Of a stretch of DNA of 64,000 bases, positions 48,290 through 61,440 are shown one piece after another. The notes below the pieces were generated by a model. It was not told where the DNA came from, ran no database searches, and saw only the letters and a list, made by a program, of their open reading frames with translations. The stretch comes from Schmidtea nova (lineage: Eukaryota), in assembly GCA_044892505.1 (NCBI GenBank), contig CM097883.1, forward strand, positions 216,690,001 through 216,754,000, read 5' to 3'. The translations under genes and the position numbers were made by a program. How positions within the stretch are numbered: position 1 is the stretch's first letter; each line of letters begins with the position of its first letter.

Positions 48290-51200
48290 AAAATCTTTCA
48301 CAAAAGTGTTATTCAATTGTCTCAAAGTGGCGAAAGAGATACTGACAATTTGAAAATTCATTCCAGAAAATATTTCTTGCATGAAAAAATAACAATCTTT
48401 TCATCCATTTATTTATATGAATCATTGTTTTTTTAATTGAACTTTATTAAATCACTCATGAAAATTAGACTAACAGATGATAGTAGTGCTTCTTGTATTC
48501 TGCTAAAAACGACCAGTTATAACACGGATGTAAAATATTTGGTATCTGGCGAATAAAAACAAAAATCCCAAAGATTTTTATTTTTTTAATTCAATAATAC
48601 TTTGAATTATTTAATTTAATTTTAATTTACACAATAAAAATCGTAAATTTATTATTAAAAATTATTTTGTATATCAATTAAAGGTATGAAATAGAGTTAT
48701 ACAGGCATGATAAATTATAACTTTTTTATATAACCTCTTCGTGTTTCTAAGTACAAAACTAATTATAGCATAATTGTTGATTGTAATTATTTTAATAAAA
48801 TCAAAAAATACTGCTCAGCACGTCAGACAGTCGATAAATAATATTTGGGAAATTTCGTAAAAAGGTTCGCCACTACTGGAGCATTATACAAACAGTGTAA
48901 AACCTTGAATTAAATAGGATCTTCAAAAAATTTATAACACATTTCGAAAGTGTTTTGTATCTCGGCTAATTTGTATACATATCACACCAAAATGACCAAC
49001 TAACTTTTTTCTGAGGTCAATTGGGTCTATATGAAACCAAAAAATTTTAAAACATTTACCAATTTTACATTGGAATTAGTATGAATCTCAGGAAGTTAAC
49101 AGGCTTAATTTTGAAATAAGCATTTCTTGGCTAAACAGTACCAAGACTTATGAGAGAATTTAATGGAATATATTCTGCTTGCTAATTAACAGTTTTAATT
49201 TGTTTTTAGAAAGTCTAATTGATTACTAATTTTTTTTATGATATACAATAAACATCTTTAAAATAGCCAAGAAAACTAGTCTAGGTTTAGGATGAAATCT
49301 CCAGATTCAGTGTCGAATTAAAATACAGGTAGAAAAAGCCCCAGGGCTTTTTTACCTGATCCAAAATTTTTAAACTAATCCTTATTCGGCAAATAATATT
49401 CCAAAAAAATTTAGGAAAAAACTTGAAGCAAAATAACAATTTTCGTTGGTCAACACTTATTTTATTATTTAGTCATTGTCCTTGAGCAATTGTTTTGAAC
49501 ATCTTCGTCCTAATACTATTAAGGAGTTTTATTGTGTGATATTTTTCAAAGCAATGAAGCCGATATAGCCTAACATCATATTCTAAATCAGGAGTGGGCA
49601 AACTTTTTAGTACAAGGGCCGCATACATAGTTTCAAAATTTTGAAGGGCCGCATAGTATAAAAGTGAAATAATTAATATTGATAATAGCTATAAAATAGA
49701 AGGTTTTTGAAGAAAAAACAATGTTTTTATTATTTTAAGGTTGAAAGGTACATTAAACATATTTGCTTGAAAAATAAAGAAACTCTGTTGAAACTTTATT
49801 TTTTAATTTTTTAAAAGAAATATAACTTGGTCTTAGCATGCCGCATAAAAATATTACTCGGGCCACATGCGGCCCGCGAGCCGAAGTTTGCTTATCCCTG
49901 TTCTAACTCATATTTTTTTGACGATGAGAGAAAGCAACAACCGAAAGATTTGAGATATTTATTGTTGTTTAGGCCTTCTAAAAAATTACATTTACAGTGC
50001 TATTTACAGCCGCATACGACTTTATAAAGTTTTAAAGGTTTACGGCAACCCATAGTTCTCAATGAGGCTGGAGGTAATGCAAAAAAATACCATTTCAACC
50101 AGCTACATGTACCATAGCGATCTCTTAGCATTTTGTACAAGTATAAATGGCTCAGTCACACAGTATAGTTCACAATATCTATTAAACGATTTTATTCGGG
50201 TATACCGTAAAAAATTCAATAGTCCAAGCTGACTATAGTCAGGATAACCTTTAAAGAGCTAATAAATAATGAACAATTAGAAAAAAAATCGTTTATTATT
50301 TTATCTAAAAAATTCATGAAACTCAGGATGCTGACATTAAAGCTGCTGAGAATTAGGAATATGGAATAGCTACCACTGAAAGAAGCTAGAAGATCTTGAC
50401 AAAGAGTCTTTTACGATTTCAAGAATCACATACGAAAAGAATAATTTCTTCATTTAAAAAAATGGTCACTGGATAAAAATAGCAGGATCCCACTCAAAAT
50501 CAAAATTGTTGGTCCCTCTCTGCTCTTTGAAGCATCCTTCAAAAGAAAGGACAGAATGAAAGGAAAAGAAAATCGCGAAAAAGTAACAAGTTTATTAAAT
50601 TTTTCAACTCAAATTGTACAGACAAAACTGGTTCAAATACTGAACACCTACCATCAATGTGTAAAACAAGGAAAATATGATTCACTGAATTAAATTTTCG
50701 ACATCACAAAAGAAAATGATGAGTGTCTGTGCAGTGGGGAGAGAAGGTTATATAATTTTTCGATCGCTAGAAAAGGACATGTTAGATATAGAACTGAGAA
50801 GGGTGCGAGTTCCAAAAATATCCATCCACAAAAATAATAAAAATGGCCAAGGAGCCAACTTCAACAATCGCAATAGCCACTTGAACTTCCGAATCAGAGA
50901 CCTATTGTGAATATCAAGAGTCTGAAAATTCAGAAGAACTTTCCACAAGTAAAAGCGATAAGTGTAGCAAGACAAATGAAAATAGTTGTTAAAAATATGT
51001 TAATTTAAAATCAAAGTCTTCTGTAGCCATTTTGTCGGATTTTGTCTAGTCACCTTTCCCGCTTACCAGTTTAAAAAGTTTACAGAGAACAAATATACAT
51101 TTTACGTGTAAACGTAGGAGTTAGTCACTTTTTTATCTATCAACTGAACCGATTGTTTACTAGTATTTGTAATAATTGAATAATAATTTGAATAATATTG

Positions 51201-53192
51201 TTAAAAAAATGTTTTTTAAACTTGCTATGAATAATAATATTTTTTTTTCAAAATGTAAATATCTTTAGAAATTAACGATATATCATTGCTAAGAGAAATT
51301 GGGAAATTGTGTGGTGGAACAATTATCGAAAAAGTTGTTATTAAAGAAAAGGAAGAAGAAGACAAAAACGTGTATCGCAGGTAGGTTTCGAGAAATTTTT
51401 ATATTATTAATTTTCTTTCAGAAACGTTTTTACCAATAGTGAGAGATTGAAACCACGGCCACCAGTTGTTACCATAATGGGTCATGTTGATCACGGTAAA
51501 ACAACTCTACTTGACAGTTTGCGTTCAAGTCGAATCGTTGATTCGGAACACGGGGGAATAACGCAACATTTAAGTGCATTTAAAGTCAGTCTGTCTGATA
51601 TTTCTCGAGAAGCTAAAAGTTGTAAAAACAGTCAAATTGTTACATTTCTCGACACGCCAGGTCATGCTGCGTTCTCGGCTATGCGTTCACGTGGAGCTAA
51701 TTGTACGGATATAATAGTGTTAGTGGTTGCCATTGAGGATGGTTTAATGCCTCAAACGATCGAATCAATTGAATTTGCAAAAGATGCAAATGTGCCAATT
51801 ATAGTTGCTGTGAATAAAATCGATAAAATATGGAAAGATTTGAAGCATTTCGATAATGATGAATTCAAGAAAGCGTTGGATCCACTTAAAAGAAATTTGG
51901 CCAATCATAATTTAGTTGTTGAAGAATATGGCGGAGACGTTCAATTGGTGCCAATATCAGCTCAGAAAAAATGGAATCTTGATACGTTGCAGGAGTCGAT
52001 TCTAGCACTAGCGGAAATTCAAAATATCCGATCGGATTATGAAGGTTTAGTGGAATCAGTGGTTTTGGAAGCCAATGTTATTGACGATTTTGGAAAGGCA
52101 GCAACAGTTTTAGTTCAACACGGATGTTTGAAGCAAGGACAGATATTGGTAGCGGGAAATAACTATGTTAAAGTTCGAACTATCGCATCGGATAAAGGAG
52201 ATTTTATAAAAGAGGCTTATCCAGGTGACCCTGTTCAGGTGACGGGTTGGAAAGATATGTTACCATCTTCGGGAGATATTATGTTACAAGTCGAAACCGA
52301 ATCCAGAGCAAGAGAGGTTTTAATGTATCGAAAACGAAAAATCGATAAAACACGCTCAGAAATCGATCTTGTTGAGTATGAAAAATCTATGGCTGAATAT
52401 AAAGCAAGTTATCGAGCTTTTATTGAGAAAGGATACGAAAGAGGTTTTCGGAACCGATCGGAACGGCCACAATTGTCAGATTTTCTTTCCAATAAAAACA
52501 GTGTGGATGGGGTAGAGATTCCGCAAATCAATATTGTCATTAAAGCCGATGTGCATGGAAGCTTGGAAGCAATAATGGAAGTTTTAAAAAATGCTTCTAA
52601 ATCCTGTGAAAATCAATGCACATTAAAAGTGCTTCATTCTGGAGTAGGAAACATTACTGATACAGATATTGACATGGCTGTATCTTTTGACGCAATCATT
52701 TATATGTTTAACCTTCCAAAGACTTCTGACCAACAGGAAGCGGATATTCGATATTTCAATGTTATCTACCATCTATTCGATGATTTAAAGGACTACTTGA
52801 GTTCCAAATTGCCTCAATTAAGTGAGGCAGAATTTGTTGGAGAAGCGGAAGTTTTAAAAACTTTTGATATTAGTGAAAAAAACACTTCCATTTCCGTCAG
52901 TGGATGTAGATGTACTAGTGGGACGATTTACAGAAATGAAAAATACTTGTACAAGCTTGTGAAACCAAACCTTCAGTCGAATGAGTTTGAAGTTCTACAC
53001 GAGAACTTGGTCTGTCGAAATTTACGGCATTTGAAATCAGATGTTGATAGCATAAGAAAAGGTATAGAATGCGGTATTGTTTTGAAAAATAGACAAACTA
53101 GTACTATTGTGACATCGGATGTGGGAAATATTATTCAGTGCTATAAAATAAACCAGGTTAAGCAGAAATTAACATGGGACACCGGATTTTAG
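46934..53192 (+). CDS. MTIF2: Mitochondrial translation initiation factor 2; exons <46934-47026, 47073-47235, 51269-51380, 51422-53192 (start codon probably in gap 46791-46933)
   Basis: IF2N-like VVWKGIKIRQLAKSMNRNIDDV; G-domain RPPVVTIMGHVDHGKTTLLD, GGITQH, FLDTPGHAAFSAMRSRGA, NKID; IKADVHGSLEA; C-terminal ECGI; GT-AG introns of 46, 4033 and 41 bp keep the frame. Confidence 0.94.
48222..48285. repeat. (TA)n microsatellite (another at 35129-35172)
   Basis: Direct reading. Confidence 0.95.
49589..49900. mobile_element. hAT (Charlie/Buster-type) MITE, 312 bp
   Basis: TIR CAGGAGTGGGCAAACTT/AAGTTTGCTTATCCCTG; 8-bp TSD TTCTAAAT/TTCTAACT. Confidence 0.82.
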
Positions 53193-53671
53193 AGATCATA
53201 TAATATATATTTTTTAATAGTTTGTTCAAAACCGCACTTAATTGTTTCCAAATTGAAATGTAAATATTATTATTTTTTTAAATCTGTTTTTTTATTTTCG
53301 TCGAAAGAATTAGTAAAATTAAATGGTACATTTAAGTGTTTGAGACGGGCTAAGCTCATTAATATTACAGTATCTTTCTTTTGAATTTATTTATTTGAAT
53401 TAATCTTATTTATACAATTTACTCAGGTTAATTCGTCATTCTGCTTCATTCGATAATTCACCACTTTTCTTCCCAAAAATACAATTTACTATAGTTAATA
53501 CACTAAGTGTAATAATATAATAGCACAATTGTTGAAAAATCTTTTTTTCAAAAAACTGACTTCTTTTATGAAAACGCATTCTTTGTAATTTGACTATTTC
53601 TAAAATAACAAATCTGTACCGTGTATACTCTTATAGTATTATGTAAGTGTGTTTATTTGACTGCATTAGTC

Positions 53672-54240
53672 AGTAGTAAGATGTGTGCTCTTTGGCTCAA
53701 GAAGGAATTAATCATTAGTGAAGAGATGACTCATCATGGTAAGTCATTGATTTGATGGAAGGTCAAAATTCAAATGAAAAGCCAAGTTTCAAATTATGTG
53801 TCATACTCTTTGGTAGGACTTATGGTCTTTGTTCTATATGATTTCAAAGTGGTCATGTAAAAAATATCGATGAGTCATCATTTTTATAACAAGTTTTCAA
53901 AAAAATTTCCGAGTCAAGACGAAGTCGCCACCAAAACATTAGACCGACTCATTTTCAAAATTTTTCTCAGTCCATTTAACAAAGGATTTTTTTCGAATGC
54001 CCCCTTAGAAAAAGACTCAATGACTCATAGGTTACTATATATAAGCTTTTTGGCACTGTTTGTTCCAAAATTTCTTTTTCCGAAGACATTCCGTGATAAC
54101 ACCTATGATACTATTTATGGTCAAGGTCATTTGAGGAAAATATCAAAAAGTTCATTTCTTTTTATAATTTTTTGGTGGCAATTCTGAATTTTACCACCCT
54201 TTAAATTTTTTAAATAAAATAATTAATTTTTTGGCGCAAG
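53672..54240. mobile_element. Possible solo terminal fragment related to the 32544-37638 element
   Basis: Begins AGTAGTAAGATGTGTG and carries the same GATGACTCATC palindromes; no partner end found. Confidence 0.4.
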
Positions 54241-54587
54241 TTTTGAATTTTAAAATAAGTGTTCGTCATTTAAAAAAAGTTTTATTATTAATATTTTATA
54301 ACTATTATTTATAACTATTTTATTTAATATTGTTTTTTTTCAATTAATATTAATATTTTTCCAAGTTCGCGAAGACAAAGACCCCCTTGTTTAAATATAG
54401 CTTAAACGCCATAAAGATAATTTTAAACAAAGACTTATATTATTATTTTATATGAATTTAATGTGTGTATATGCGTGTTAGTCAAGCACAAATATTGCTC
54501 ATGTTTTGCAATTATATTGCATTTCGATATATTTTTATTTTTTATAAATATTATTATGTGAACTTGTGTTTTAGTCATACACGTGTA

Positions 54588-55355
54588 CAGGCCCGGCGCT
54601 AGAGTATTTGGCGCCCTAGGCAAACTAAAAAAATGGCGCCTCTAGTTTAGAAACAAACCCAATAATTAAAGAAGTAAATGAAAATAAAATAACTATACTT
54701 CATTTATTTATTACACAAAAATATATATAAAAACAAAAACCATTTAAAATTTAATTTTTCGTGCTTTTAGTTTAGCGAAATCTTCAAGCAGCAACTTCGT
54801 ATCTATATCACGCGCCATTTCGTGTTCAATCGACAATATTGCTAATCCCACAAGCCGTTCTTGTGACATTGTAGATCTTATATATGTTTTGTTCTGTTTA
54901 AGCTTCGAAAAGCTTCGTTCACCGCTTGCCACAGAAACTGGTAGGGTTAATAAAATTCGCAAAGCAACAAATATATTTGGAACGCTGTCCACTATATTAT
55001 TTTTACAAAAATTTCAGAGCATGCTATATGCTAAATTTTTTTTAAAACCGCTTTTCAGTTAACTTTTTTAAACTTGCAAAATATTTTTTTAAATCGATTT
55101 TCAGTTGTATTTTTTTAAATTTTAAAAGAAATAAGTAATCGGTATCGGACTAAAACAACGATGGAATTACATGTTTTACGTACATACATATATATATACA
55201 AATTCATACATATGTATATATCAATATAAAGATAGAAAGTTTATAAAATATTTAATTTAATTTACTTGACAAAAAAAGCAGAACTATTTGGCGCCCACTT
55301 GTAAATCGGCGCCCTAGGCAGCTGCCGACGTCGCCTATGCCTAAAACCGGGCCTG
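54588..55355 (-). mobile_element. hAT internal-deletion derivative (768 bp) retaining the C-terminal dimerisation domain (54744-54992)
   Basis: TIR CAGGCCCGG/CCGGGCCTG; perfect TSD CACGTGTA; LPVSVASGERSFSKLK..KTYIRSTMSQERL..LAILSIE. Confidence 0.93.
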
Positions 55356-56512
55356 CACGTGTATTGCATTTTTATTACATTTTCGATAATTTATTATTAT
55401 TTTAGAAATTTTATTATTTTAATTTAATGTGTGTATGCATGTAATTTATTCACACGTATTGCATTTTTTGATATATTATTATTATTATGCGAAACGGTTA
55501 TGTGTTAGTCATGCATATGTATTGCACTTGTGTTAAGGATAGGCCCTTAGACCTCAGCATAATTTTTAGAAAATAATTTCAAAAATCTATTTTTGGAAAT
55601 TTATAATTGCTAAAAATAGATAGATAAATACTAAAAATAGATAATATATAATTATAGTAATTAATATTATAATTTAATTAATATATAAGTAGGTAAAATT
55701 TGTTAGTAAATGACAATAAAAATAATTTTAGTTGAGCACAACTAGTATACAGGAATTTGACATTTAAAATAGTGAGGAACCAATTTTGATATTCAAAGTC
55801 TAGTTTGCATGACAGAAATATTTTATCTGATCTGTGGCATTTAAAAGCGAATTTGTGTGAAGAAAAAATATTGACATTAAATCGGACTGGGTGTTGTGAA
55901 GGCAACTGAACACGAAAAGTAGATTCAACTTGAATAGATTTTAGTTCATCGTAACTAGTTTGAAAAATATTTTTTGTTTAATTAAACAAGATAAATAGTT
56001 TTAACTTTCAGTACACAATGTAATTGACCGCTTTAGTGTATTAGAGTATCCCCAATAGTAGAACTTCTTACCCTCCTAATTTATTTTTAATCAACGGTAT
56101 CCTGCCATTAGAAGGCATCGTGTTGCTTGCTGACAAATGAGGAAATCGATCATTTGATCACGTTCTTGTATCTTTTTTAGTAAATTGTACATTAGTTTCT
56201 CATTAAATTTCATTTCTTCATTAAACTCGAGTTTTAGAACATTTTCAATTGGGGATTATGGATTTCGTTTTCAATCATTCTGTTGTTTATAAATATGAAA
56301 ATATTTATAATATATTCTAAAAAAAATATTTTGTATAAAAATAAAAGAATATTATATTTTTAAGATTAATTTATTTAAATTTAAAAATTTTATTTCGATT
56401 TAAATTTTTTGACTATAATAGAATTTAAAATATATATTTTATTTTAAAAATTATTACTAATTTGTTCGAAAAAATCGATTTATTTGATTTATATTTGGAT
56501 GTAAGATTGGAA

Positions 56513-56553
56513 GCACCTGATGAAGAGAATTAAGTTCTCGAAATATATTGTGC
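56513..56553 (+). ncRNA. Candidate minimal hammerhead ribozyme with canonical core
   Basis: GCAC-CTGATGA-A-GAGAA ttaag TTCTC-GAAA-TATA-TT-GTGC; palindromic stem III; (TAA)n tail ~65 bp downstream. Confidence 0.7.
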
Positions 56554-57152
56554 AAAATATATATTTGGATTGGCGTTTGTTGTTAATTATATTAGTGCCA
56601 TGCTTGTTGTGTTATATAATAATAATAATAATAATAATATAAATGGTGATTCCTTGGAAGCAGCATTAAGTATTAAATTAATTAATAAATAAGTAACAAA
56701 ATAAGCCTTTGCTGCAAAAATAATTTTATTAAGTGAGAAAATTTTCGATTATAAAATAATCCTCGTCAATCTCTAATTCGGCAAATAGCTGGTATCTTCA
56801 TTCATTCTGTTGTTTTTTTTTCGTGATTTCTCTTCCTTTTCATTGGATGGTAATATGATTAATATAAATTTTTTTTAATTCTTAATTGTTTTTAAATGTT
56901 TTTTGTTAAAAATTTTAAATAAAAACTCTAAAAATTCTTAAAAATTTTTTTCTAATTTTTTTCAGAATAAATAAATTTATCCATTTTTTAAAAATTGAAA
57001 ATTTTTAAATTTTCCATTGTCTGTATTCTACACTTTTAATTTTCCAACCCTTTATATTTGGATGTTATTTTTTTATTTTAAAATTTTATTATATCTCTTT
57101 GAAATTCCCATAAATTCTCTGTACTATCACTTTTCTTTCTTCTTTTTTTTTA

Positions 57153-58700
57153 TTATATCTTCCTTTTACTTTTATACTTTCGTCTTTGTAGAACCACATT
57201 TTTTAAACAAGATAACAAGTGGACGATTTCGCTTACTTCCTCTTTAGAGTTAAATTTTGGGTGTTTGTCTCTAATGAGAAAAGCTTCTTTAAGTCTGAGA
57301 TTTTTTTCGTCGTTTTCGTTTGTCAATATTCTAACTGATATTAATTTTTCCTTATTTTCTATCTGACATTGGTGAAGTTGTCTATATACAGATGACTTTT
57401 CATCAAGATCAAGATGTTCTTTAATTCTCTGATGCAAAGTCCAAAGGGTGCTTCCGATGTAAATTTCTTCGCACTTATTACACATGATGCTATAGACAAT
57501 GTTCTTGCGAAAGCATAATTTCTTTGGTGTTTGGCAATTTTCCATCTTACAAGTATTTTCCTTTCTCGTGTTGTTAGCTAGAGCTTGCCTTAATGTCTTA
57601 GATCTATGTGCCAAACGAACCGGAAGGCCAGTGAGATTAAGTTCTTTGATGATCATGAAATTTATTCGGTCACTGATGAAAGGAATCCGAAGGTAGAAAT
57701 ATTTCTTTTCCTTTTGTAGGTCTTTCTGCCTTCTATGGTTGAATTTTACTTTGTTGATCTCGTTAATATTATGGTATCCATTTCGATACAGAAGTCCTGC
57801 AAAGAACCNNNNNNNNNNNNNNNNNNNNNNNNNNNNNNNNNNNNNNNNNNNNNNNNNNNNNNNNNNNNNNNNNNNNNNNNNNNNNNNNNNNNNNNNNNNN
57901 NNNNNNNNNNNNNNNNNNNNNNNNNNNNNNNNNNNNNNNNNNNNNNNNNNNNNNNNNNNNNNNNNNNNNNNNNNNNNNNNNNNNNNNNNNNNNNNNNNNN
58001 NNNNNNNNNNNNNNNNNNNNNNNNNNNNNNNNNNNNNNNNNNNNNNNNNNNNNNNNNNNNNNNNNNNNNNNNNNNNNGGACCTCATCTCTCGTGGTGGCC
58101 TTGGGAACGTTGTTGACGATCGGCTGGCAATGGTATGTAGTCAGAGTTCCTTTTGGCATGATCTGCAATTTAGGTAATGTACAATTTAATTCTGTCATTC
58201 ACTATTCAATCTGTATCCATCCTTAGCTCATCATTCCCCATACTCATACGTATCAGACATCCATACTTTCAAAACTTTAAACTCTTACTCAGAAATTTGT
58301 TGCGGTGGATGTTCAATGTCAACAATTATCTTTTAACTGATCGATCAGCCACTCGTAGTTACTATAAATTCATCTGGGTGAATCGACCTACACGGTGCTA
58401 CGCGATATTGTTTGTTATTTTTGTCAGACTAATATGTGTCACGATGTTGATTTGGTTGACTTGTGCGATTTAACTACCATTGCTAGTGGAATTTATATAA
58501 TGCTGGTACATAACAAGGTAGATTTAATTATGGGTGATCATTCCGTTCTCCTGAGGGTTCATCTGTTTGGAATAAAATGCCTTCCAGTAGTGAGTTATGT
58601 GTCCTCTATGCATATAGTTCTTACTTTGCACTATTTTCTCAACAAGCCGGCGGTGACTTCATCTGTATACGAGCTACTATGTCTTTACTACTCGGGAACT
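57153..58700 (-). mobile_element. Penelope-like element: GIY-YIG endonuclease (57153-57720) and degraded RT/thumb remnants interrupted by an N gap
   Basis: YLRIPFISD linker, NIVYSIMCNKCEEIYIGST..LHQRIKEH, LRLKEAFLI..HPKFNSKEE; RT part heavily decayed (less certain). Confidence 0.8.
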
Positions 58701-59879
58701 TATCCTCATAAGTTTCATTTACCATAACATTCTACTGATGGCTATGTGCACCCTTTTGCCGTTTAGTCGCTCCTTTCTCTCTCGCCGCATCAGCCCTCAC
58801 ATGAGAATGTGTTGCGCTGAGAGTCCCGAAAATCCCGACAGATCAATTGACCTTCGGGACAAGTCTTATATATTTTGATCATGAGGGTTAAACAACAAAG
58901 AACATAAAATGTAACTACCTTTTATTTCCTCAAATGTCCTGTTCGCAATGAATCGTTTACAACCGTTATGCTTGGTATAGAGATAATGACTCGCTAAGAG
59001 AAATTTCTCTCCTGGTAAAAGTGACTCTGGTAAAAATTGACCCTCATACTGATTTCACTTCTGCTTATATACCCAATGATGTTGCTGGCCAGCCAATCAG
59101 AATTTAGCGTGCATGCAGATATTGGTTGTATTTCACTTTCAATGGTCTTCTTTGTATATTTAATTCGGTGAGTTATTATTCACTCATCTGTAATTCTTTT
59201 GTTAATCTTTGTTCTATTGTAGATTTTCTATCGATATCTGCCCACGCCCTGTCAGATTTTGATTTATCGCTGTTTCGCCTGGGTGAGTTTTTATTGGTAT
59301 TATTTGTTTTGCTTTATATTTCAGTGTCTTCGGCTTCTACCACATAGTACTGCATGCTTGGTATTTTATTTGATGGCTATTGCTATGTTATTCTATTGAT
59401 TTTATTTTTCTTTTAGATTCCTGTAACTTTGCCTGGCCCAACACAAATATTGAGAATAATTAAGCTTGAATGGCAAATCTTGAAAGAGGACAGTATCAAA
59501 GTAGAAAAACTAACTCAAGAAATAAAAGTAGCAATGGGTAAAAATCAAAGATCTACAACATAGCTTGAGTTTTTATTAAATTGACTCACCAGAGAAAAAA
59601 ATGATAATAATTTTGACAATGATGATGCACAATGTTGTAAAATCAGTGAGCAATAATCAAATACTAATAGAATCAAAAATTGAACAAATGTGGGAAATCA
59701 TTGATGCAAACTTTGGGCAGTGGCTAGAAGTAAGAAACCTTTAGGATCCTAAAAATGATTAACCCATACGAAATGAGATAGCTGAAGATATACTAGTTAA
59801 TCCGCTAATACCAAATAACTAAGTAGGAGTAGGTAGCTTCCTAAACCTCTTAGTAATGTTTTTAGTAACTATGGGGTTG

Positions 59880-61440
59880 TTAAGCCTAACGAACTCTATA
59901 ATAGCTTATGATTGCAGCAAACCAAGTTTGAGTCGAATATACTTCGTTCATATACAGGGGAATACAAAAAATCATATCCCGATAAAATGATACTAGAAGA
60001 AGAAGTCTCGTGTCGTGTATATAAGCAGACTGATTTTTACAGAACTATTATCAGAGAATTTATGTTGTAAAAGGCAACGTTTGAATACTTTTGCGGTAGA
60101 CATAGCTATACGGCGTTCGTTGGAGCAAAACTAGTACCTAGATCTATGGCAATACTAGCAGGAATTGTGAAAATGCTTTCCGACCTGGAACACTTAAAAT
60201 AGATGACTACGTAACTTTTACAACTGAAGTGGGAAAGGCACTATCTATAACTATCACTCGAGGAGGAACAATCGAATATGATGGTTCATGTCAAGGACAA
60301 ACTAAGGTGAGAGGGAGAAACGTAAATATTATGTAATGGAAGTGGAAGATTACGTAGTAGAATTTCACGAAAAGGAAGGTTATTTCGACGTTATGTCCGG
60401 AAAGATAATAACCCATCCGGAATGCAATATTAAGCGTGGATTCTGTAGAACTTTGTCCAGCTACCTTAATATATCAAACAATGAAAGATTATTGTGAGTA
60501 AGGATACCTAAAGAAAATTGTATTCCAAAAAAAGAAACAAGATTTTCAATCAATAAAAATAAAGAAAATTATGGGGTTGACGAAAAATAAAATACTAGTA
60601 AGGTAGGAAATTCATGAAAAAAGTACTTCATTAGTATTGGCATCCAAAGAGGTAATAGGCGCTATTAGACTGCTTGGAAAGACCAGAAAATCAAATGTGG
60701 TGTGATGTTACACGAAAAAAATTATCAAGAAATATTTTTATCAGATAAATATATCCCAGTGGCAGAAAAACTGTACAAAACAGATATCAAAATAACAAAT
60801 TACATAAATAATAAAGAGGATTTTCTGTATCATAATTTACAAAAACATTCGCCAGACATTTATCAGGAGGTTATCCTGAATGATTGCCAGTTGAATCGTG
60901 AAATAATTAGAAATTGATTAGCAATTTCAATAGTAAACCCGGATGTAGTCATGTCTATGTTAACCAACCATGGTAGATTTGGCAGGATCATGGTAGAAGC
61001 AATCTATAGCTACCAATGTGTAGCAGAAGAAGTGGAAGTGGCTCACTATAATAGTTGCACATTAGAATTTCCATTCATGCTCAGAAGAGAGATAAGGTTC
61101 ATGTTACATGTTACGTATCAATTATTAACTAAAAGGACGGAACCAAGATCAGCAGTATATAATCCGGCCATATCACCTTTACACAAGATAGGTAATCATT
61201 GGATATCTTTACCTGACAGAAACTTGGTACCAGTCCAGTTGAAACTCTGCAAGCAGCGAAGCTAGACAATAAATTAGAATTTAGAACACTTAACAAGATT
61301 GCAAAAGGAGGATTCTACTCTGCAGAAGATACAGAAGAAGCGACAAGATCAATTATATTTCCTCAAGTAAGAGACAGAGGATTAACAGAATTAATAGAAC
61401 GAATATATTGAAAAATAGATGGTAAACTAGCACACTACAA
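59880..61440 (+). pseudogene. Decayed retroelement envelope gene, class III (gB/chuvirus-like) glycoprotein pattern
   Basis: IIAYDCSKP, FCGRHSY, GGTIEYDGSCQG, CNIKRGFC, EAIYSYQCVAEEVEV..YNSCTLEFP..FM; many stops and frameshifts. Confidence 0.6.

Noticed and set aside
50300-50900. Decayed ORF in the MTIF2 intron (IFDITKENDECLCSGERRLY...)
   Set aside because: Probably a DNA-transposon remnant, but I cannot name the family from sequence alone
57672-57700. CTGATGAAAGGAATCCGAAG hammerhead-like string
   Set aside because: GAAG instead of GAAA, and it is the antisense of the conserved LRIPFISD coding motif
58815-58866. CTGAGA-GTCCCGAA...TTCGGGAC-AAG stem resembling a hammerhead
   Set aside because: Core lacks N7 and G12-A13-A14; only the stem is supportable
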